NCBI GenBank assembly: GCA_030141605.1
Contig: JAQGDQ010000690.1
Location: 47,930-111,929 of the forward strand
Direction of reading: 5' to 3'
From: Tubiluchus corallicola
Lineage: Eukaryota > Animalia > Priapulida
Length of the DNA: 64,000 nt
Below the pieces are notes generated by a model. The model made no database searches. It was not told the DNA's origin and saw only the letters and a list, made by a program, of their open reading frames with translations. Positions 37,701-49,700 of this stretch are shown piece by piece (the stretch's first letter is position 1; each line of letters begins with the position of its first letter). A program made the translations under genes and the position numbers.

Positions 37701-40700
37701 ATGGTGGACCTGCTCTCAAGAACCGACTGTTCAACCTGATGCTTCAAATGTGGGAAACAAAACGAGTTCCAGATGACCTGAAAAATGCACTCATTGTCAC
37801 TATCTTTAAAAAGGGGGATCGCAACCTGTGTGGAAACTACAGGGGGATATCACTGCTTTCAATTGCCGGAAAGATTCTGTCAAGAATTATCTTGAACCGT
37901 CTTCAGGAGGTTGCAGAAAGGATCATACCTGAATCTCAGTGTGGGTTCCGAGCTTTACGTGGGACCATTGATATGATCTTCTGTGCGCGACAACTGCAGG
38001 AAAAGGCCCGTGAGCAGCGGAAGCCTCTCTTCCTCGTGTTCTATGACTTAGAAATAGCCTATGACAGCATTCCGAGAGAAGCCATGTGGGCTGTCCTGCA
38101 ACGTTTTGGTCTTCCAGATGACTTCATCAAGATGATACAAGCTATGCATGATGGTATGACGGCACGTGTTATCAACCAAAACACTATCTCAGAAGAGTTC
38201 CCAATCACTTGTGGACTAAAACAAGGCTGTGTCCTCGCACCAACGCTCTTTTCACTCTATCTCACTGCTATGCTTCATGACCTTCCACCAGACAATCCAC
38301 GTTTGGAATTGAGATGCCGCTTTGATGGGGGGCTTTTCAATCTGCGCGTTTTCGAGCCAGGAACCGCACCACAACCTTCAGAGTGACAGAGCTGCAATAT
38401 GCGGATGATAATGCGGCACCAGCCCACTCAGCCAATCACCTGCAACAATCAGTCAGCAACTTCTGCAAAGCATATTCTCGCTTTGGCCTTACAGTCAACT
38501 TAGGAAAAAGTTATTGTCCAACCATCACCTGAAGCAGACACACCAGTATGTAACAGTTCCATTAATGGTACAGATCTAGAATGTGTTGAACATTTCCCGT
38601 ACCTGGGCAGTCTACTCTCCGTCCAGTGCAACTCAACAAAGGATGTGGAAAATAGGCTTAGAGCTGCCCATGCCGCTTTCGGCAGACTCTCAACCCGTGT
38701 CTTTGGTAATGCTCATCTAACTCGTCGAACCAAGCTGATGGTCTATAATGCTATTGTCGTTTCCACACTCCTTTACGGATGTGAAACATGGACTCTGTAC
38801 CGCCAAGACCTGAAAAAACTCGAACAGTTCCACCAGAAAAAGCTTCGCTCAGTTTCCAACATTAGATGGGATGATTATGTCACCAATAATTCAGTTCTCG
38901 AGAGACTCAACACCACTAGTATAGAAGCTATGATTACGAAACATCGGCTAAGGTGGGCAGGTCATGTAGCACGTATGGACGAAAACAGACTTCCCCGAAG
39001 GATCCTCTTCAGTGAGCAGAGCACTGGAAAACGCCCCCTGGGCCGCCCTAGGCGCCGCTACAAGGACCAACTAAAAGAAACCCTGCAATCAGCAAGGATC
39101 GATCCAGAAACCTGGGAACAGACAGCGCGGCAGCGAACAAAGTGGAGAAGAGTCATCCAGGAAGGGACTGAGCATTTTGAAACAACCAGACGAGCAGCAA
39201 TTGAAGCCAAACGTCAACGAAGGAAAGAGAAGTCCCGTCAACCTCAGGTAACTCCCACCATCCAATGTGACAAATGCACCAGAATGTTTCGAGCAAAGAT
39301 CGGGCTGTTAAGCCACCAACGTGCCCACCACAGCAATTAACTTTGACCGAAAGGACAATACTCGGAAACGAGTGAAAGCCGCCGACGACGACGTTAGTCT
39401 GTATTTTAGCTTGCTCTTATTAGTGGGTATTGCTTGCGAACAAGAAAAATGAACTAGGTAAGGTTCTATGGCTAGCGCTAGTCCCTTTTTTAATTAATAT
39501 TACAATAGCATGGCTGCAAGGCGTTGTCAAGCGTTCACAAATGCATTGTCTGGTACGCTCAACCTTTGACCTTTTCACGATCATTATCAATCCCTGGAAC
39601 TGTGAAAAGGTTTATTAACACTAAGTTGTGATGTTTTAAAGTAGAATCATGCATAAAAATTTCGGTCGACTGTCAATGTTTTGTTTTTTACAAGTTCAAG
39701 CGTTAAATGTATTGGACTTTATATTCTAGCTTGAAATTGCCTTGAAATTGTTTTAAAAATATTAAAAACATAGTTTTATAATCCCGTACGCACTTCTCTG
39801 TCACAAAACTGGTACTATATTTGTAAAATGCTCGTGTTTTCAAACTTTCATAGTGGTTCATGAAAGCAGTCATTTTGCTTGAGGCTTTTTCTGTTGCCAA
39901 GCCCAGATGGTAGTTTAGAAATGCCATCTACAGGATTTATACGTAACTTCAATCTGCTTTTACGATGCCTATAAGAATCACCCTTTCATACGGCTGCTAA
40001 GTGTTTTTATGAGCAATACCACCTAAAACAATGGCAAACCTAAACAGCAATCCATCCGAATTTGCCGATTGTCCGTATTTACCGATACTAAGCTAATACA
40101 GTAGGCGCCATATATTAGACTCACAGTAATGTAGGATCTGTCACCTAATTGTCTTAAAAACATCTAGTATGGGCCGTTTCTGATATACAAGCTACACGTG
40201 TGTGGTTACACGCTGCTTGGTTACACTGATGTAATGATGCAAACAAAGTGATGGCCCACCAAGTAGCAGTCACCTCCCAAAACAACGGACTGTGTCCTTA
40301 GTGTGTGGGACTCTTTAACGGACCAGGTTTTGTCCAGTTATTACAATGCCTGTAAAAGCGAGGTCCGGCAAACCGAAATGTGGATTATACGACGTAAAAG
40401 TAATTGTTCCGAAAAATTTTGTAGTAATCGGCCTACTTAAACGGAAACTAAAGTGAATTTTAAAGTTATGTCCATTTGGACTTTCCATACATACAGTACA
40501 CGAACACAGCAACACTGTAATGTCACGAAAGTCTTTAACAACTTTACTTTCTACTTTGAGTAATTTAAAGTGTTAAGTTCATTTAGGCATTCAACGTGTT
40601 TTGTCGTCACGTAAACTTTAAAAGGTAATTTTTTTATTTCAGTTTTTGCCATTAGAGCAGCTCATGGGAGTGTTTCCAGCAGCTAGTAAACAGCATTTGC

Positions 40701-43700
40701 CTAAAACGTTTCAACGGCTCATGTACGACCCGGTAAGTGATTGTTAAACGATACTAAATATTTGAGGAGGAGTTTACAATTCCCTAACCCTAGTCATAAC
40801 CCTAATCCAAATCCTATCCCCGAACCTAATCGTAAGCCTAACCCTGATGCTAATCCTAATCCCAACACTAGTCCTAACACAACTATACCCTAACCCTCCC
40901 TAACCCTAATCCTAATCCTAACTCTAACCCTAATCCTAATCCTAACCCAACCATACCCTAATCCAATTCTAACCTGATTCTAACCCCAACCCGATGCTAA
41001 TTCTAATCCTAACCCTAACCCTGATCCTAACCCTAATCCTAACCCAACCCTAATCCTAATCCTAACCCAACCATACCCTAACCCAACCCGACCTTAATCC
41101 TAACCCTACCCTAACCCAACCCTACTCTAACCCTAATCCTAATCCCAACCCTAACCCTAATCCTAACCCTAACCCTAATTCTAATCCTAACCCAACCCTA
41201 TTTCTAATCCTAACACAACACTAACCCTAACCCAACCCTAATCCAAACCCTGGTGCTAATCCTAATGCTAACCCTAATCCGAATCCTAACCATAGTCCTA
41301 ACCCAACCCTGATCCTAATCGTAGCCCTAACTGTAATATTGGCATACATTTAACTCTTTACTCACGGCATTATTTTATTAGAAACAGCAGTTGTAGCCAG
41401 TCTGGGCAAGAATGGACTTAAGCATCCCCAACTGAGAAAGGACCATTGCCTCTTTCATCTCTACGCATTCAGTGTTTGATGCTGTTTTAAATTTTCTTTC
41501 CAGGAATCACCCATTATTGACTTTTATCCGGTCGATTTTAAACTAGATCTCAACGGAAAGAAGTATGCTTGGCAAGGTATGACTATATATCTAGTGTGTA
41601 AAGTGTTTGTAGTGTGTAAAGTGGGCTTGTGACCACAATAAATGTTAGCATTTGTTCCTTATATTTGAATAATTTTCTTAGAAAGTTAGTTAACAGCAAC
41701 TGAACACAGCTGTTGCTTACATCACAAGCTAACCACAGTTTGCGCAATGGCAGGCATCTTCCCTGGACATCAAGCACTTTTGCGTAAGCGAAGATTACTA
41801 TAAGACGCTGATGCGATGTCACGAAAATGAGCTCTACGTCACACTGATGAACATTGCGGTTCATTTTCATGCTCATCTCAGTGCTGCACCTATTTGTCAC
41901 AGTCACGCGAATGTGTCAAAAGGGTGCCATCGCCAGTGTTAGCGGATTTGCTGAGCCCCCGCGTGGCTTAGAACATTTAACTATGCGGGGTAATTAATAT
42001 TTAATCTAAGTTTTGGTTTAAAAAAGTTGTTTTGGTGTTCGTTATTTAAGAGCCTACTTTATCTTAAATTAATGACTACACAATCATCCGGTTTTCCTTT
42101 AACTGTTTGTTTGCCAATACATAAGCTTTGTTTGTTTTCGTACAGGTGTTGCTTTGCTACCTTTTGTGGATGAAAAACGACTACTTAAAGCGTTAGAGTC
42201 CGTTTATCCCGATCTGACAAGTGAAGAGAGTAAGCAAATCATGTAAACTTTCTTAGAATAATAAAGAAAAGAGTTGCCATGGTGACTGATTCAAAAGATA
42301 ATAAAGAAAACGGTTGCCATAGTGACTGATTCAAAAGATAATAAAGAAAACGGCCGCCATGGCGACTGATTCAAAAGATAATAAAGAAAACTGCTGCCAT
42401 GACGACTGATTCAAAAGATAATAAAGAAAACGGCTGCCATGGCGACTGATTTAAAAGATAATAAAGAAAACGGTTGCCATAGTGACTGATTCAAAAGATA
42501 ATAAAGAAAACGGCCGCCATGGCGACTGATTCAAAAGATAATAAAGAAAATGGTTGCCATGGCGACTGATTCAAAAGATGATAAAGAAAACGGCTGCCAT
42601 GGCGACTGATTCAAAAGATAATAAAGAAAACGGCTGCCATGGCGACTGATTTAAAAGATAATAAAGAAAACGGTTGCCATGACGACTGATTCAAAAGATA
42701 ATAAAGAAAACTGCTGCCATGACGACTGATTCAAAAGATAATAAAGAAAATGGTTGCCATGGCGACTGATTCAAAAGATGATAAAGAAAATGGTTGCCAT
42801 GGCGACTTATTCAAAAGATAATAAAGAAAACGATTGCCATGGCAACTGATTCACATTCTCTTCTTACTGCTTAATTATTTTCATGTTTTTGATTGACTCT
42901 GATTGCTGACATTTTCACTGTTTTCAGTTGTTATTGGACCGGAGATTTAATCGATCATCGAATTGATTTTGTATTCGGTTTATCAATGTCCCTACCACTA
43001 ATTTCCCGGATGCGAAACTCTTGTGGTCACGATTTGTTAACTCCATCTGTATTAACGTTGTTATGAATTTTCTTATTGAAGAAAACGGTTGTCATAGTGA
43101 CTGACTGACAATCTCTGCTTGCAGTTTGATCGGCATTGCTCGTTAACATTTCCTCTCTTTCCAGGGCGGCGAAACTCCCGAGGTCACGACGTCCTGTTCG
43201 TGGGAAGATCGCATTCGGTTCATCCGTTCTTCGAAGGCATTTACGAAGGCGAGGGCGTTAACGATGCAAGTACAGTTCCGATACGTACAGTTGTTTGGGA
43301 ACGGCTGTCGTTCAAAGATCTGTCCCGGCACTCAAACTGGGAGTGTCTCCTGTATAGTTTGTGACACGCCCTTTGCACCTCTTACCACTTAGAATAACCT
43401 GGCTTATGGATAGACAATGTTTAAATAGTAATGAGTAATATGTGTGCTTGCAAACCAAAATCGTCCGATGTTAAAACTACGTTATGATAGTTCAAAGTAG
43501 AAAGCACTAAAAATGTGGTCAAATGTCAATTTCTTGTTTTTTATAAAACCAAATGCTTAACATATTGGACTTTTATATTCTATCATCAAGAAAATGTTCG
43601 AAAAATACAAAAAAATTAATTTTATAACCCCGTAAACGCTTGTCTGGCTAAAGATTAGTACTGCAATTGACTATTGTTAAAAATTTGTACAGTCAAAATT

Positions 43701-46700
43701 CCAAAAGTAGCCCGTGTAAGGTGTCAGTTTGCTTGCAGTTTTTTCTGTTACCAATCCCAGATCTTCATTAGTAAGAGCCATCTACTGGATATAAACGTAA
43801 CTTCAGGGTGTTCTTGTAAAGTCTGTAGCAACCACACTTTCGTACAGTTGTTAGGTGTTCTTGTAGAAGGACGACAAAAAACAATGGCTGACTTTAACAG
43901 TGATTTTCTCAAGGTTAAGTTTTTCAGTGTGCAGCCTACACCTCAACTTCAATGTTGATTATCTCAGCTTAGAAGTAACACAGAGCGATGAACTTGGTAT
44001 CAAAATGATCCTCATGAAATGGAGAGTCAGAATATGTGAATAACTAGAAAAGCTTAAAAGAAGACAGGGTGATTTTTCATATACGCCCATTTTCAAGTCT
44101 GACAAAATGTATACATTTTAACACAATTAATACTGCAAATGTGTTTCTGATAATTAAACAATAGATTAAAAAATTAATTAATGGTTGTTGACATCACAAA
44201 CTAACATAATTTGCAACAGCAAAGATATTCTCCGAGCGTGTTGCACATGAAAAATGGAAATAGAGTGCTACTGTGTGTTGTCCTAAAACTAGGCAAGTTT
44301 TCAAGTTTTAAGATAAAATATGAAATTTATTGCTGTACTCACGCATGAGCTGTCAAACGTCTGAACTGAGAGATACAGCACCTGTTTTTTGTGCAATGTG
44401 CTTCTGAAATTAGGCGTCAGTGGCCGTCTAACTAGTGAATGGAGAAATGCGTGTAACAGAGAAGAACTAGTAGCGTGAATGTGAAATTGTGTTTGCGTGG
44501 TCATAATTCTTTCATGTAATCCATTTTTGACAAAATAGTATGTAGTTTCCTTCGAATGATTTAAAGAGTAGATTGTTTTGACCTACAATTTATGATTGGG
44601 TCCGGTTTTGCTTTATTTGCCGACTTACGGACGATTTTGCTGTGCAAGTACACTTTGTAAGGGAGGCATTAGCCATATAGGCAGGATCGATCTGCTTTAG
44701 TAAATGATTTTTGCTTTAGACAGTTCCATTTGCTATTTCATTTTGCTGTCAGAAAGTTCACACACATCCAATCGCCTCCTCTTTTCCCAGTTCCACTCTT
44801 TTATGTCAGGAGACTGCTCCTGTTTACCTGACTACCTCGTTTTGTTTAGTCTTTCATCTTTGTATACGTGCAATATTGATTTTGTTTTTATTTGCAGTGG
44901 GTTGATATTAACACCGGACTAACGCACGGTCTCTCGGGAACGGTGTTACAAGACAAGTTTGTCGTCATTCCTGGAGGGTACGTGGTCAACAGTTTTTTTA
45001 CGCTTGTAATCAAATCACAGATATTATTTATTGTCTCAGTGAACAAAGAGAGGCTTTCCAAGTAACGGGAGTGCATATACACAAATTTTCTTGAAGCAGT
45101 AGCCCCTCTTCATGAATACTCTGGCTTCTTTACATAAAAAAAACTATAAGGAGAAGCCAGTGCCATCATTATGACTACAAACTAAGTTTTTGCTGAGAAT
45201 TCAAAATCCACAAAAGTACAAAAGAGTTAACTCCTTCAGGACCGCAACATTCAGAATAGGTCTTATAAGCTCTACGACTTTTCTGCTACTGTATGGGCAC
45301 AGACATAACTAAATGATTACAAATTAGGTACTGTTCTATTCAGGAGAATGTCGGCTATCCAATCATGCTATTTGTTTAAACATTCATAAGTGATTTAATT
45401 GGATAGAATTAAGAAAAACATATCCTTTTGAAGTACTCCAACTTGAATAACTTAGTCTGGTGTACACTTGCGTGATCGTATGTACTAATTTATTGATCGC
45501 CTGCTTGCTACAGCCCAAGCTGTGCAGTGTTCTGCTGCTATTCCAGGAAAACCGACCGATCAGCCAAGGATAAATTAAGATCGTTTCATCTTTTAACAGG
45601 AATTTCTCCTCAAAAATAGAGTAGACTTGAGGCTAAAGTGTATAAGAGTTTTGTGTCTGGATAGTTGCAATTTTGTGCATTAGCCGATTTCACACAAGTG
45701 ATACTGTACATTGTTGCAGAGCAAACACTGCAGTTACTGAAAGCTTTCTTCAATTTTTTCTTCAAAAATTATTTTTTAATTTGTCTAAGGTACGCAAATG
45801 CATTTCGTAGTCCATTGTAGGAGGAATAGAAACCTACAATAATTATGAAATGTAACGTAATCACTGCTTAGTGAGATCAGTTTTTCAGTTGCTTAGTGAG
45901 ATCAGCAAACGCTTACAGTCCTGAAAGAGTTAAGCTTAGAAAATATATTAAAGAAATTTCCAAAGAACTGCCTATAAAGCATAAATTTAAAACATATTAC
46001 CTCTGAATTGAAATTTTCAGGCGTGGTGGTTGTTGCCACTTACTTGAAAATCATGATGTAACTGGGAGACTTTGTGATTTTTCTGAAGCGCGTCGCGACT
46101 TTCCGTCAGCACACTGTGTACTTAAGCCAATTCAAACTTCTGCAGCTTACGTAACGTTAGCACAAAAATGTTACAAAAGTATCTATCTAATTTCTCTTTT
46201 AAAAAACTTATTACACTTTTGTTGAGGATTGACAGCGCACTACTTTTCTTCAAGGCAAATGACGTCATTAGAAGAAGAATGGTCATTGAAAATAGAAGCG
46301 TCCAAGGATAAAGTGATCAAGACTTTAAACTGACTTTTACTAGTTACACTAGGCGCTTATTGCAATCTTTCTAAATTCTGCCAGCATTTTCCCCAAACAT
46401 TGAAATAAGCCTAACCTCCTGGAAAGTTTGACATTTCCTTTAATTAGGTAGGATTTGTATGATGAAACTCGGGGGGTTCATTATCGACATAAACACTTCT
46501 TTTTTATTTTAACGGAAATTTTTCATTTCAAATCGTTCGTGTGAACGTTCTTATACAGTAAGTCCTCGCTTAGCGACTTCCCATTTACCGATGTTTTGTT
46601 TTAATTCCGCACTTTTTTCTCATTTAGAGACGCACGTTTCATTTCCACAACAATTTTTTTACTTTGCTTAAAGCCAATTTTTATTTCATCAACAATGTTT

Positions 46701-49700
46701 TTATACTTTGAAGCATTTAACCAGCACATATTGCATTATTCTGTTCTAAAAACGACTAGTAATGTTGTTGGCATCCTTCAGTCTCGGAAGACAATGGAGT
46801 GTGCGCCAAGAGAGTCAGTTATTGATCACGTTGATGGAGCTGCAGCGTCGACTGTGGCTGAACAGTGCGATCCTTGAACGTCTCCAGGGTGCATGCTTGC
46901 GCAAGCTGTATGGAGATCCTGAGTTGCACAGACAACAGGAACCCCCTCTCTTCCTCCCTGGTGTAGTCCAAAGGAAAGCAGAGCGATACGTTTGGCACCG
47001 GGTTGGCTGCAGGAGCTGCCGGAGTCAGTGAGCATGCTGCACTGGTCCGCCTTCGGGGCTCCACTCCTGATTTGGAAGGTTTACTCCTCTACACATGGCT
47101 GTTTGGTCACTTGACCGCCTCCGCCCTCTAGCCATTGGCTGCTTGTGCACCTCCAACTAGTAATGTAAACAGTGCAATTATTATACGTGTGTTTGCTTAC
47201 TGACTGAATGCCAAAATGCTATCCGATTTTATCAAGCGACTTATGCGCCTCCGATTTATAAGCATAGAAATGCAAAATTGATGCGCAGGAGGTTTGCTTG
47301 CACCCTGTTGCTATAGCAACCAGACTATGTATCTGGATGTAGTTGGCTCAAGGTCGCTTCAGGGCTTTATCTGTGCAGTGTTTGTTGTTTAGCCGCTGCT
47401 TAGTCTTCAACGTTAAAGAATGTAAGGCCACTAGCTAGATATTGGTAAGAATTATCGGTGGTTTCAACCAAGCGGAAAGAAATATGCATAAAATTCAAAA
47501 ACCGTTTTAATTTTAATTAATATGATTTAGGCAGCATTGATTTTTGTCTTGGGAATGTATCTCAGTCCTTTTACATTACTTTCTATAAACATCTTGGTTT
47601 CAATTAACGACGTTTTGTTAGAACACATTGGCGTGGTTAAGCGAGGACTTACGGTAATTTAAAGCCGTAGCATATTTTGTTGAACATCTCAATAATTGAA
47701 TAAACGGATTTTTTAGTTCTGAGACACCAAAATGGATTTTTTAGTTCTGAGACACCAAAACGGATCTCTACGCATCGAATTGTCAATATTATTCAATTAT
47801 TTCCTTTCAATATTGTGCAGCAACTTATTAAAGTTATAAATTTTTCAGAACTGTGAAATCACCATTGCCGGGTTGTTCAGATGTTCCGGATAGTAGTGCT
47901 ATAAGGTATGTGTTGTATTTGCTGTTGTGTTTTTGAAATGGATTCATTACAATGTGCTTTTGTTATTTTAGTCCTTTATATAGTGGTGCGCTTGTGATGG
48001 TGGTGCGCTGGAGGTTGAGGTGCACTCATGATCGTGGTGTGCTCGTGATCATGGTGCGTTCGTGATGGTGGTGCACTCGTGACCGTGGTGCACTCGTGAC
48101 CGTGGTGCACCTGTGATCATGATCGTGGTGCGCTTGTGATGGTGGTGCACTCGTGGTCGAGGTGCACTCGTGACCGTGGTGCACTAGTGGTCATGGTGCA
48201 CTCGTGACCGTGGTGCGCCTGTGATCATGATCGTGGTGCGCTTGTGATGGTGGTGCACTCGTGGTCATGGTGCACTCGTGACCGTGGTGCGCCTGTGATC
48301 ATGATCATGGTGCGCTTGTGATCATATTCGTGGTGCACTCATGCTGGCGGTGCAGTTTTATGCTGGTTACGACGGATAACGAGTGAATTCAATCAAAACG
48401 CTGGTGAACTTCTACCATTTGTTTATTCCATAGTTATAGCACACGTTTTAACTTTACAGTCCGGAATGCAATACCAGGGTTCCCACTGTCAGGAAAAATC
48501 CTGGAAAATCCTTGAAAATACAGACTATCCTGAAAAGTCAAGGGAAAGTCAGGGAAAAGATAATTTGATAAAAAGTCAGGGAAAATGATCAAAATGGGGC
48601 GAAAAGTCAGCGAAATTGGAAAGGGTTGCGAAAATAATCACGGTGAACCGATATTTTTCCAAACATATTTTTCAGCGATTCGTGATAATGATTGGCATAA
48701 GAAAGTTTATTTATTGTGATTAGTGTAATTTAAATTAGCACTACTGCAACTGTGCCGACACATTATATATGAGTATATGTATGAATGTCCATACACAAAA
48801 ATGTTTGAATGTGTATACCGGTAATGCAATTTCTGCTTATCTTTGTCATGGAAAACCCAATGTTTGATCATGAAAAAGTCAGGGAAGTTTATTTTAAAAT
48901 TCTGTGGGAACCCTGATTATACTTTGATGATAAATTTACTTTCCACTGAAAAACCTAAAACGTAATAATGTAATAGTGAATTGTTTCCAGTGAGCTAAAC
49001 ATATGTCAAAACTCAGCAGCAGTTTAGAAGTTTGTCTCCCTTACAAGCATAGTGTCAGCGTTAGTCTGAAAGAGAGAGAGTGTCCGTCAGTCTGTTCCGC
49101 TCAGTTCTCTTTTTATAAAATAGTCACTACGCTTCACTAAATCAAAAAATAAAAAGTCTGGTTTTTTTGTGGTTGTGCCAGCTAGTGCAAACACTTAACT
49201 AGGTGAACATTCCAGTTGTGCAGCCCAGTGCCTGGCAGCTCTGTCCCACTGAGGTATACATACAAGATTCTAGGAAAAAGTATAAAAGTGAGATATGCAA
49301 AATTGCAAGAAAAAACAGTTAGATACGAATGTTGAACGCTTGTTTAGAAGTAAAAGATAGTTTTTGGAATGTTGTATGTTGCATTGTCCGGTCACGGAAA
49401 AGTGCAGGTGGTGAGAAGCAAAATGGGATCAGAATGTATGAGGTCAGTTTGTGTTTTGTTTCGTTTTTTACGAGTACTTAACTGAAGTTCTTTTTCTAGT
49501 GTGTTTTACAAAGACCCGCAGTATCACAGAGACTTTCTCTTTCCAGCCAAACTACTACCCGGAGCCGTGTAAGTACCCTGATTATTCGGTACATACATTA
49601 TGACCTGGTTGTTTTATACCAGTAATACTACTCAGCATAAATTCCTCAGGAAACCAAACACAGGTATTTGTTAAAATTAGTCCACAATGCGAAGCATCGC

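Noticed and set aside
36869-39340. 505-aa and 231-aa ORFs as host genes or an active retroelement
   Set aside because: They are pieces of one 5'-truncated RTE ORF broken by a stop and two frameshifts.
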